DNA of 64,000 bases from Callorhinchus milii. Its lineage: Eukaryota. Under the pieces are notes generated by a model. That model saw only the letters and a program-made list of their open reading frames with translations. It did no database searches and was not told where the DNA came from. The translations under genes were made by a program, and so were the position numbers. The stretch lies in NCBI RefSeq assembly GCF_018977255.1, contig NW_024704743.1, positions 8,868,001-8,932,000 on the forward strand, read 5' to 3'. This document shows positions 51,309 to 62,475 of this stretch, piece by piece; within the stretch, counting starts at the first letter, position 1, and every line of letters starts with the position of its first letter.

Positions 51309-51991
51309 ATAATAATAATCGTAATCATTGCATTTGATATTATGACGTCTTCAAGACGTATAGAATTATAGAATCATAGAATCGTACAGCACAAAAAGAG
51401 GCCATTCGGCCCATCGAGTTTGTGCTGGCTCTTTGAATAGAGCAATTAATGTCAATCCCACTCCCCAGCCCTTTCCCCATAACCCTGCAAACCCATCCTC
51501 CTCAAATACCCGTCCACCGTGTTTTTAAAAGTAGTTATCGAATCGGCCTCGACCACCCTTTCAGGCAATGCGTTCCAGATTTGAACAATTCGCCGCGTGA
51601 AAACATTTCTTCTCACCTCCCCTCTGCTTCTTTTAGATACTATTTGTATTTAAGATTTGTATTATTTGTATTGTCTCAGAACGTTTCACAGAATATACTG
51701 TAAAGTGAATTCACTGTATATTTTGTGGGAAAAGCGCGGTAGCCAATTGCGTTCCACAAACAGTCGTGGATTGACTGACCAAATTACTATTTTTTTTCTG
51801 CAGGGACTATTACCCCCATAAAAGTGATCCGCCAATCGACTAACAACCAGATTCCTGCTAGGTTACTGCTTGTTGAACAGAGACGTGTGGAGTAAGGAAA
51901 CTTTCCCAACATTTCATCCTACCCAGGAATCAAACCCAGGTCCTCTCACTTGCAAGGCGAGTGCTCTAACCAATATGTTACAGGACTCCAC
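51309..51991 (-). mobile_element. tRNA-derived SINE, long form, interrupted by a CR1 3' fragment (~51360-51635)
   Basis: SINE tail at 51309-51359 and remainder at 51672-51991. The insert between them begins tagaattatagaatcatagaatc...gaggccattcggcccatcg, typical of a CR1 3' end on the minus strand. Confidence 0.8.
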
Positions 51992-53605
51992 ACTATCCCA
52001 TAATCTCACATTTTTTAAAATAAAAAGCCACCATTTTTACAAAAAAAAACAAGTCTGTTTCAACTCCCAATGTGCAACTCATTACATTCTGCGGAACACA
52101 ATGCAAATTACGAGATAAATCCATGACTGGCACAGAGTCAAGGCAGTCTCTGAAAAAACTGCCGTAATGAAAAACAGCAACCTTGATTTAATGGATTTGA
52201 GTTATCTCAGTTTAGGTGGACTACAAGCACAAAGTACTTTTTGACGAAATTCAATAGAAACCTCTCAATTCTTCTTTACAGAAAGTAATAGGTTACTCTC
52301 TGAAAGATTTTCTCTTTGCTAAAATATCCTTCTTTCTTGTTTTTTTTAATGATTTTCTAAAAGGTTTCTTGGAGCACTTTGTAACATTTATAATCAATTT
52401 CTCAGCAATGTAATTATGCTCGTATACAGTCTTCTGATATCCAATTTACCTGGAATTGTGATAACTATCATTTCTCATTTTCTGATGAAAGAATACCATT
52501 TCTGTATAAAAATAGGTTTTCATTTAAAAACCTAGACTTTTCTCTGTATGTTCCCTAAGCTGTCTCAAATCTGCCCATTCAAGCGGAAATATACAACATA
52601 CCTGTGAATGTTCCTACAACCTTAAAGATATTTTAAGTTTTTCAAACCATTTCGTTGCAACTTCCCCTTAAATGTAAGCATTTCATCTCAGTGAAAGCAG
52701 AGTAATAAAAGAATTTGTACTTTTTATAGTGACTTATTGCTTTGAAGTGCCTCAAAGTGCTTCACAAGCAATTATTGTTAAGATCAGTGACTGTTTTGCG
52801 GGCAAGCATAGCAACAACAAAAATAACTTTGCACTTATATAGCACCACTCATGCAGAATAGAGTCCCAGAGCACTTGTACTCAGCACCATTTGTGCTAAA
52901 ACAAGTCCCACAAACAGCCATAAGGTGAAAGAACAGTTTTTTCTGGTGGATTGTCAGCCAGCACATTTTGTTCACTATCTGGACTGAAATGTGAAGAATG
53001 CCTATTTGGACAAGATCTCAGAGGGCTGCTGGCTGGTGCTCTTCGAACTGTATCTTACCACGTGACAACGGCTTCGGTAGAGTATAGGAGACAAATGGAG
53101 GGAGAAACTCTTACATCCATATCAACAGTTGTGATAGCTGAGCAGTTAATTTGAGAGGATATCAGAAGTATGTCTTTATAAAGAAGTGGTACCAAGAAAG
53201 GAGTTGAGACAAGGACGCTGGATCTCATTTAAGAAACAACTCGATGTTGCAATGGGAGGTAATAGATAGGGTGGGTATTCTGGGATCAGATAGACCAAAA
53301 GGACCTATTTTATTACCACCTCTCTTATGATCTTTGTGCTGTGTGCAAACTGGCTATTGAGATCCCCCACAAAATACAGTCAATATATATTACAATATAT
53401 CCTGTGAAGCACTTTGAGGTGTCCTCATGATTTGAAAGGAGCTAAATCAAATGGAAGTATTATTTATTATTATTTGTGATCTTGTGATGACAAAGTAGTA
53501 ATATCGCCCACAAATATATGGTCAATTCACTTTACAATCTATTCTGTGAAGCGCTTTGAGATGTCGATAAGATGTGAAAAGTGCTATATCAAATGCAAGG
53601 ATTAC

Positions 53606-53641
<36 letters not shown>

Positions 53642-55929
53642 AAGCCCATATATTCAGTGTAGCATATCCTACCATTTAACTCCACATCCATACAGACCAT
53701 TCTCATTATTTTTCTCTCTTGGAACCACGAGTTTTCTCTCTTGGAACCTCCATTCAAATGCTCTCTTTAGAGCAAGCAGCATTGCAAATAATAACTTTCT
53801 GATGTGTCTCCTGACAAGCCCAATACATTTCATGACGGATCACCAGAAACATCAGTAATATCACCAGCAAAAAGCAAGAAAATCAATCAAACCAAATTTG
53901 AGAAAAGATTTCTCAGCTAAATTAGAAAGCATTGCTCTGACTGCCGAACTTTTCCTCTGAAGATGCACAGGGAAAAAAACTTGGAAAGGCTGTATTTGTG
54001 AAGTACATTTTCACATAGACAAATGCCCACCCTAGCTGCACATTGCATTTTTCAGAATTTTAAAAAAACTGCAAATATGCATCTTTCTAACAACCATTTC
54101 TGCAATATTTGGTTTTTCACTTCCCACTTTTTAAAAATTATTCAGGCAATTTACATTGGGAAGTGAATTTTAGCATTTTTACAAAAAACATCCGAGTCAA
54201 AAAGCACTGAAGCTTAAGATCAAGAAATCACCCAAGTTTTCCACAGTAATAATTTTCACCTACAAAATATACAGTTTACAGTATATTCTGTGAAGCATTT
54301 TGAGCCGCCTCAACGATGTGATAGAGCGCTATATCAAATGCAAGAATTATTATTATTTAACAATAGAGATGGGAGAAGGAACAGTAATAGTAATACACTG
54401 ACCAAAATTTGAAGGTATAATATCTCAGAAAATAGCCTGAAGGGAAAATGAAAGCAAACACAGGAGCACAAAATGTGGGAGGTTTCCCCTTCACTCTGTT
54501 TCTTTTCATTATAAATATCAACAATCTAGCTCGAGAATTTCCACGTGTAGGGGGGAATGTATGGAATTCTCAGTTTGGTTTTAATAATAATAATCCTTGC
54601 ATTTGATACAATGCCTTAACACGTTGTTGAGATGTATCAAAGCGCTTCACAGAAATAAAGTACAGGGACTGTGTATTTTGTGGACAAAATGCAGCAGCCA
54701 ATTTTTGATACTCTTAAGCACAGTGATGGGTTTCTGCATGTGTCAGACACCCAGCTGACCAAAAAAAAATCAAACACGCTTTACAAATTTCTTAAACTGC
54801 AATTCAAAAGTTTAAAAAACACAGGTCCTTTACCGCTGTCTTTTGTCACAGTTCCCACTTAAAATACGTTCTTGAAATGTGTGGTGGACGTTACACATGC
54901 ATGACAATTGTGCTGGTCAAGGTCTGAAGACTGCTTCAGACACCAGCTGTTCTAATGCAATACATTAAGATATACTTTACACTTAGATCACTGGCACGTT
55001 CCCTCAATAGACTGCCTGCCTGCAGCAATAAAGACACAAGCAATTATAACAAACTGCACAGAAGGCAACTCCAAACGTTTATACAGTGCAAGGTTTGCCT
55101 GTACTAATTGCATTCCTCCCTGAAGTCTATTATTCCTGCATTTGGTTGCAACTGGAGAATGTTTTGAATATTAAAATCTAAGGGACTAAACCGATAGTGG
55201 AGCCTTCAGCAGCATAATGTCACTGATAGAAAGAGGATCAACTAAACCAATAATGATTTCATGCAATACCTTCCTGCCACATCGGCTGTCGTAAGAACAA
55301 ACATGTCACTTATGACTGATCCTCCGATCAATTCTAGTGCCAGTCTTTATAGAAATTGGATGCTGGTTACTCAAGTACGGGTGGGACATACTTGTTATTA
55401 TATTTACTCCCAATTGTTTCACCTTTATTACTTCATTAATCAACAGCCTTTTTTGGCCCACAAAATATACAGTTAATTCACTTTACAGTATATTCTGTGA
55501 AGCGCTTTGAGACGTCTCGAAGACGTGATAAGGCGCAATATCAAATGCAAGGATTATTGTTTTTATTATTTATCAAACAAAGTCTAACCTGAATGCGCGG
55601 AGAGCTTCCAGGGGAAGATATGAATGAACCCACTTGGAAAACGGTAATTATTACTATTTAATGATTTCCAAGTGTTGACTACCGAAACAATCTGACTGCC
55701 CGTATTCAAGGTAACAAGAAGATCTGAGGTATGGGACGAGGTGTATGTTATATTTTTAAGCGCTTGGATAATATTTGTAAAACATTCCTTTCCGCTGAAA
55801 AATAGAAACCACTTTAATTACTTAACAACGGCTATTTTGCCTCCAACAGGCAAACGGGCAGGAAATACTCGGCTGCCGCTAGAGGTCAGTGTGAATTGTA
55901 GACATTTCCCAAGTGTGTGACTGACTCAC

Positions 55930-56104
55930 TTGCAGTCTCTGTCCTCCAGATCAAAGTGAGGGTTGAAGTTGATCATAATCCTCTGGTAGGGCTGAGGCGC
56001 TTGAATGGTCCAGGCGCAGCTCTCCCGGGGGTAGTAAGAGTTGGGGTACCCGGGAGAGCTCAGGTACCCGGGGCTTGTGATGTGTATGGTGTCCCCACAT
56101 CGAT
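55930..56104 (-). CDS. NRP1: Neuropilin-1 coding exon 2 (CUB a1, N-terminal half)
   Basis: Acceptor ttttgctttgcag|, donor AA|gtgagt, 175 nt. Encodes DRCGDTIHITSPGYLSSPGYPNSYYPRESCAWTIQAPQPYQRIMINFNPHFDLEDRDCK, which is recognisably NRP1 (YQRIMINFNPHFDLEDRDCK). Confidence 0.98.
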
Positions 56105-59100
56105 CTGCAAAGCAAAAAACATACAAATCCGTTTAAACAGTACTGACTGATCGCTTGTCTCACGTGTGTTGGGGTGAGGTGAGGCTCTGTCACTGCTCTC
56201 TCCAGGGATAACCCTCCAAGACCTGCGCTCCAGTCTACACTGCACTTGGGGGTGAGATGTGCAGCCGCTTATAAACCACTTACAGCTCTGGGGTTCATCC
56301 GTTGCTCCAGTGTTAACACACACGGCGATGACACATTGCTGTCAGTAGGACAGTGAGGTTCATAAACTTAATTGTCCTCATGTCTTGTTATGATGGTGGT
56401 GATGGGGAGAGAGAGAGAGAGAATACGTCGCCACAAAACGAGAGTGTAACGAACAGATAAAATGTCCAATTCAACAAAAATGTCTGTGAGTTCTGAGGAC
56501 TGGCGTTTACTCATCAATCCAACTGTCTGAAGCTTTGTAAAAAAGCCATACATTAGGTTTGTTTTATGACAATAATCTATTTTGCAGTGGCTTTAAGTTA
56601 AATTGGGATGCAATCAGAAAGCCTTTTCATTTCTCTCCCCCCTTCTCTCTCTCTCCCTCCCTCTCTGACCCTGGACATTGGAAGGGGAGGTGATCACTGA
56701 CCGAAGTCCCTTCAATAAATTGTAGGGGGAATAGAGAGAACTTTTACACAATCAATGGAGCGAGTGGGATTCAGGGGTCATGTTAACTTGTCTTTAAGAA
56801 CAAAGGCTGAGAAAAGGTGAACGCACCGATGCTTAAGTAACAGACCAGGAGTTCCTGATAAGTTAAGTGGAATGATTCAAGCGTGAAACTTGGCAAAGTT
56901 AAGGAGAGAGGTGGGTCGGGGCAGTACAGTACAGTAAGCACTCCAGATTTCTAACCCTGTGTTTGTTTCCTTCTCTCTCTGCTTACAAACACTGCCCTTC
57001 AGTAAGTCACAGTATAAGGAAGGACAGCGATGTTGCACCAATAAGTTGTGTCGTTAAAGCGAAGCGAGTGCTTTACTCCATTCATTTCAGCTTTAAGCGG
57101 TGCAAACCTGTACACAATATTACCTTTATTCCTTCTACCTACAACCGCAATGATTCAGGGATCATGTTAACTTGTCTTTAAGAACAAATGATTCCCACAT
57201 AACGATCGGCGTTGCTATTGTATTGCGTTGTACTGTTATAACCTTCACACACACACAGCTTTACAGCGGTTCTAAATGATTCCTTTTGTTCATCTTCATT
57301 CGCAAATCTTTCCCTTGAACTTTATTTCGCAGCTATCGATCGATGCATAACTATTGCACTGTATCCATCTATCGATGCAATCGTTCTCACTACTTTCTGG
57401 GTCTTCCTGACTGCACATTTACCATCGTGTCACAGAAGATTTTACACTTTGTGTGTGTGTGGGGGGAGTTTTTTTTTCAAATTTAGATTAAAATAAAAAA
57501 TTGATCAGATTTGTAAATCGGTTCGTTATATCGCGCCATGTTATGTCCTGTAAATTGGCTTCCTCTCCCTTTCCCTCCCAGACCCCCCCCCCCCCCCCCC
57601 CCCCGCTTAACAAAAATGCACAGTCGCTACACTTCACAGGCAATCCTTGCCAAGCGCTTTGAGGCGTCCTCTCCACGTGAAGGGCGTTGTACCAGATGCG
57701 AGGATTATTATTATTCCGTGAAGCGTCTTGAGACATCTCAACGACATGATAAGGCACTTTTATCAAATGTAAGGGATTAGTAGTATCAGTAGTAAACTCT
57801 GGGTTGACTGTTGGAAGGAGCTGTTGGCACTGGGATTCATCATAACAGTGCAAAGCCCTGACACTGGAGAAAGAAGCCATCAGGTCTGTGCAGTGTCAAT
57901 CCCAGTGACTGGGCGGACTGGGACTGGCTGCTAATGTTAGGGCCTTAATGAAAGAATTCAGCCCACGGTATCTGAGAGAAGGTTGTGGGGGGGGGGGGGG
58001 GGGGGGAGGCTCTTTCGGGTCCTTTAGTTTCCGAGACGAGGTTAATGTGCTTAGGCGACAGTCTTAAACCCCATGGCCAGGCGGCGTGTGATCTGCTCCG
58101 GGGGCCTGGATACAGTGTAGATAAGAAGGTGCCCCCCCCCCCCCCACCCCACACCAAGTCTTCAAACACAGATCTTTGCTGCCGCGACCAGAAGGGAAGA
58201 TGATGTGCCGCCTCTAAATCCGAGGCACCGCAACACAAACACGAGTGTTGCCCGACCTCCCTGACTGCTCTCTCTGTCCCCATCTCTGCTGCAGCAATGG
58301 GCAAATATCATTGAAACTTGTACCTAATGCACCTCTGAAAGGCTTTGGTATTTAACAAGAGAGCCGAGCCTTTGCCCTGTGTGTTTGCACAGTTCTGTTT
58401 GAGCAGCCTTGAGTACACTCCTGAATGGGGTTGTCTGCTCTTGAGGTGGATATTCTGCTTTGAAAGAACCGCTCGTCAGTTACAGTAAGTTCACAGCAAC
58501 TGGTGGCAAAGGAACAGTCCGTGTCCTCTGAGACAGACTGAGTTGAGTGTGCGCTCACTGCTGAACCCCATCAGCCCCATCCCACGTCCCACAGAACCCG
58601 CCGATCGCCGTCCAAACCATCCGCACCCGATTGACTGCACATTGTGAACTTTACAACAACGTTGCACTGCAATTAAATCACCGTTTAAGAAGTGACTGCG
58701 ATGCATTAAATCATAAGTTCAGCCGTAACAGTGGTGTCCTCTGCACCCGGTGGGCAAAGATCAAACTCCTTCTAAGAGCATATAAGAGAGGATTTCCTTT
58801 CTCCAGTTTAGTAAAAGTTGATCGGTGAGTTGCGTCTCTCACGATAAACGCTGCGAATTTATACTAATCCTCGCCTTTGATTTTGCGCTGATTCGCGGCT
58901 TCGAGACGTTTCAAAGCGGTTGCGCTGAAACTGCGAATTGGCGATCGATCGATCATTGGACTGTCAGGTCCTCTCGGTGATCGGTTCAGTGATGGGCTTC
59001 ACTGCCCCATCAATAAGAATGATCTGATCGCACTCCGGAAATGTGCAACATTAACCTGTCTGCAGGCGCCCCCGAGAGAGGGGTCGGTCATCACCCGATC

Positions 59101-59411
59101 CCATCCCATCCCAGTTACAGGCTTTATCCCCTTAAAGATCCTAACGTGCCCCCGCAGCGAGTTCAGCATCATTTCTAACAGCACTTTCCCCAGTTCCGTG
59201 CGCCCCAGAGACAGTGTGTGTGTGTGTGTGTTGTTACTGTTGCTGAAGAGTGATACTGTCTGTCTGGTGTTGAGATCGGCGCATTACAGAGCTGGAAAAT
59301 AGCTGCGGAGTTAGTTGTTTATGAGCCGAGGGGTCGCCACATACGGTATAATATCCAGTGTTTAGCAGTACAGTATATAGCAGTACAGGACAGGACAGGA
59401 CAAGTACTCAC

Positions 59412-59490
59412 CGCTTCTGTGCGCTCCAGAGAGCCCGATGAGCACAGTCAGAGTGTGCAGGAGAGCGGCAGTGCGGCGCTGCTTCCTCAT
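59412..59490 (-). CDS. NRP1: Neuropilin-1 first coding exon (signal peptide)
   Basis: ATG at 59490 reads MRKQRRTAALLHTLTVLIGLSGAHRS+G (79 nt, phase 1), then donor G|gtgagt at 59411. Basic n-region plus hydrophobic core. An in-frame TAA lies upstream at 59548-59550. Splices in frame to the D-R-C-G-D start of the next exon. Confidence 0.9.
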
Positions 59491-59821
59491 CGCACAAAAA
59501 CAGTCACGATTCCAGGAATTCAGCAAAGAGAAGGGAGAGTCCCGGACTTAGCGAAATTGGTGGCTTTTTGGGTTCTGAGCGGCCCGCATCCTATCATTGA
59601 GCTCCCGCTTCCTCTCTGGGCACTTGGCGGATACACTGTTCCTGTCCCAATGTCTGGCGTTACACCATTTCCTAAAGTCCGAGCCAATAAAAGCTTCTCA
59701 GCGGCTCCGCCAAACTCCTCACTCACAAGACAACCAGTGATCACACCCCCCACCCCCACCCCACCCGCACAGCTCAGCTCAGCTCAGCTCCCAGACCGGT
59801 CCTCTCCTGCTGCTGCTGCTG
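59491..59821 (-). other. NRP1: Probable 5'UTR portion of the ATG-bearing NRP1 exon
   Basis: Bounded upstream by a long pyrimidine tract and CAG (minus strand atttcatttctctctctgtgtctttttctgtctcctcag|). Contains three upstream ATGs. Confidence 0.6.
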
Positions 59822-59862
59822 CTGAGGAGACAGAAAAAGACACAGAGAGAGAAATGAAATAA

Positions 59863-60735
59863 CCCCCATACACACACTCACACCCCCCCCCCCCACACAC
59901 ACACTCACACCCCCCCCACACAACACACACACCCCCCACACACACTCACACCCCCCCCCCACACACACACTCACCCCCCCCCACACACACACTCACACCC
60001 CCCCCCACACACACACACACCCCCACACACTCACACACCCCCACACACACACACTCACCCCCCCACACACACACACACACACTCACACCCCCCCCCCACA
60101 CACACACTCACACCCCCCCCCACACACACACTCACACCCCCCCCACACACACACACACTCACCCCCCCCACACACACACACACACTCACACCCCCCCCCA
60201 CACACACACTCACACCCCCCCCCACACACACACACACTCACACCCCCCCCACACACACACACCCCCACACACTCACACACACACACACACACCCACACAC
60301 TCACACACACACACTCAGCCCCCCACACAAACACCCACACACACACTCTCTCACACACACACACTCTCTCTCACACACACACTCACACCCCCACATACAC
60401 ACTCACACCCCCCCCCACACACTCACACACACACACACTCACCCCCCCCCACACACACAAACACCCACACACACTCTCTCTCACACACACACTCACACAC
60501 ACTCTCTCTCACACACACACTCACACACACTCTCTCTCACACACACACTCACACCCCACACACACACTCACAGCCCCCACACACACAAACACTCTCTCAC
60601 ACACAAACTCCCACTCACACACACACTCGCACACACACACACTCTCTCACTCACACACTCACCCCCCCCCCCACACACACACTCGCGCACACACACACAC
60701 ACTCTCTCACTCACACACCCACTCACACACACACA
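59863..60735. repeat. Compound (C)n(AC)n(TC) tandem array
   Basis: Repeated units such as cccccccacacacacactca. Confidence 0.95.
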
Positions 60736-61439
60736 ACCATAAGGATCAGGATAGTTCGTTCAACATGCAGTACGTTAAAAGGTCAGGACCAGTTAAATCA
60801 GTATCGAGAGCATTAACCTCTCCATTCCCCCCAAAAAAAATCCAAATTAAAGGCAGCAAAACACCGCTCTACATTAAAAGAGTGTAAATAATCGAACACC
60901 ACTCCTTCTAAAGCGAACGTAAGGTGAGTGAGGTATTGAAATGCTCTCCATTGAGGGCTAAACCCACTTTCTTGTACCTCGGAACTGAGCGGCGGTGCAG
61001 TCTGGAGCTGCACTCAGCACTGGGCACCGACCGACCGACCGAGGAGACGGGTTTCTGTTCAGTGGGTTGTCTGAGGGGAGGGGGGCTTCTGCGGAACTAT
61101 TTCAGTAATAGCGGGGGCAGATTTCACAACTGTACGGTGTGCACAGGACGAGAGAGAGAGAGAGAGAGGGGGTGAGGGTGAGAGAGTGAGTGACAGAGAG
61201 GTGGAGATTCGCCGCTGATGACGGTTCAAGTCACTCATCTCCTGTGACTCCTCTGGGAAGTGCGGTCCCGCTGTGCTGTGCGGTGCGGCCCCCGGGCCGC
61301 CGCCCACAGACAGTCACAGCACTGACAACAATAATAATAATAATAATACACAAAACACACACACACCCCCGAGAGAGAGAGACGCTCAGATCATCCACAC
61401 ACCACACGAACTCCGAGAGGTTTAGAGTTCAGTGACTTG

Positions 61440-61760
61440 AGAAGGAGCGGAGCTGCACAGTCCCACACCAACTGCTCCTATTTATGACCTATTTGAAGGG
61501 GGAGATGGGCTGAGGAGGGTGAGTGTGTGAGCGGTGGTGGTGGTGGTGGGAGGGGGTGTAGATAGGAAGAGACCATCAATTCTCCGGCTGTAATCTCACC
61601 AATAAGCGGTGTGAGCCAACAGCAGGACCCGCCTCGCGGGCGGGAGGGAGGGAGGGCGGGAGGGAGGAGGGGTACCTGTGGAGCTGCCCCGTGAGAGGGA
61701 TCTTATCGTCAGGAATTATTGTCACCCACTGTTATTATACATCCCGATTGCACGTGTTTC
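61440..61760 (-). promoter_or_regulatory. Candidate NRP1 core promoter
   Basis: Minus-strand CATAAATA (61479-61486) with a CA initiator-like site about 30 nt downstream (~61454). CCAAT at 61599-61603, GGGCGG boxes at 61638-61643 and 61654-61659, CACGTG at 61751-61756. CpG-rich context. Confidence 0.55.
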
Positions 61761-61819
61761 GCTGCGTAAAAATGCAAGAATACGCGGGGGTTAGCGAACA
61801 GACTGCGAAAACGCTGTCC

Positions 61820-62345
61820 GAGCTATCCTGGGGGGGGGGCGAGCTATCCCGGGGGGGGGCGAACTATCCCGGGGGGGCGAGCTATCCCGGGGGGGGGGGC
61901 GAGCTATCCCGGGGGGGGGGGCGAGCTATCCCGGGGGGGGGGGGCGAGCTATCCCGGGGGGGGCGAGCTATCCCGGGGGGGGGGGCGAGCTATCCCGGGG
62001 GGGGGCGAGCTATCCGGGGGGGGGGGGCGAGCTATCCCGGGGGGGGGGGCGAGCTATCCCGGGGGGGGGGGGGCGAGCTATCCCGGGGGGGGGCGAGCTA
62101 TCCCGGGGAGGGGGGGCGAGCTATCCCGGGGGGGGGGGGGGGCGAGCTATCCGGGGGGGGGGGGGGGCGAGCTATCCGGGGGGGGGCGAGCTATCCCGGG
62201 GGGGGGCGAGCTATCCCGGGGGGGGGGGGGGCGAGCTATCCCGGGGGGGGGGGGGCGAGCTATCCCGGGGGGGGGCGAGCTATCCCGGGGGGGGGGGCGA
62301 GCTATCCCGGGGGGGGGAGCTATCCCGGGGGGGGGGGGGGGGGTT
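61820..62345. repeat. Minisatellite GCGAGCTATCCC(G)n, about 24 copies
   Basis: Near-invariant core gagctatcc(c) separated by G runs of variable length. Confidence 0.97.
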
Positions 62346-62475
62346 GGGGTGTGGAGGGGCACAGCACCGGTTGAGTGAGTTTCATTCATTTCATCATCAA
62401 TCGCATCGTCCCCAGAAGCCATGAAGGAAAAGCGGCTCCGGACCGTCCTACTCCCGGGGACAGTGGGCACCAGGA

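Larger units (their letters stand above)
581..57780. mobile_element. Family-level entry: more than 20 additional 5'-truncated SINE tails
   Basis: Motif gtgaagcgctttgagacgtc...gcgctatatcaaatgcaaggattattatt at approximately 581(-), 1822(+), 9320(+), 16140(+), 16803(+), 18463(-), 18670(+), 27293(-), 28105(+), 28425(+), 29500(+), 33277(-), 36965(+), 42360(-), 46652(-), 48300(+), 53335(+), 53505(+), 54255(+), 54581(-), 55455(+) and 57615(+). Confidence 0.85.
1..61455 (-). other. NRP1: NRP1 transcription unit, 5' part (continues beyond window start)
   Basis: Introns between coding exons are 3307, 26976 and 10543 nt. No VGPxIGRYCG-like next exon was found in 1-18000, so the next intron exceeds 18 kb. 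The 5' limit is inferred from the promoter candidate. Confidence 0.8.
57900..62470. promoter_or_regulatory. CpG-rich region around the NRP1 5' end
   Basis: CpG dinucleotides are visibly frequent here (except within the CA array) compared with the CpG-depleted introns. No obvious SINE or LINE in the interval. Obs/exp ratio not computed. Confidence 0.65.

Noticed and set aside
59419..59862. 147-aa plus-strand ORF antisense to the first coding exon
   Set aside because: It has a non-ATG start, lies in GC-rich sequence and shows no recognisable domain.
61820..62345. CRISPR-like regular repeat
   Set aside because: The intervening sequences are only poly-G rather than unique spacers, the context is eukaryotic and no cas genes are present.
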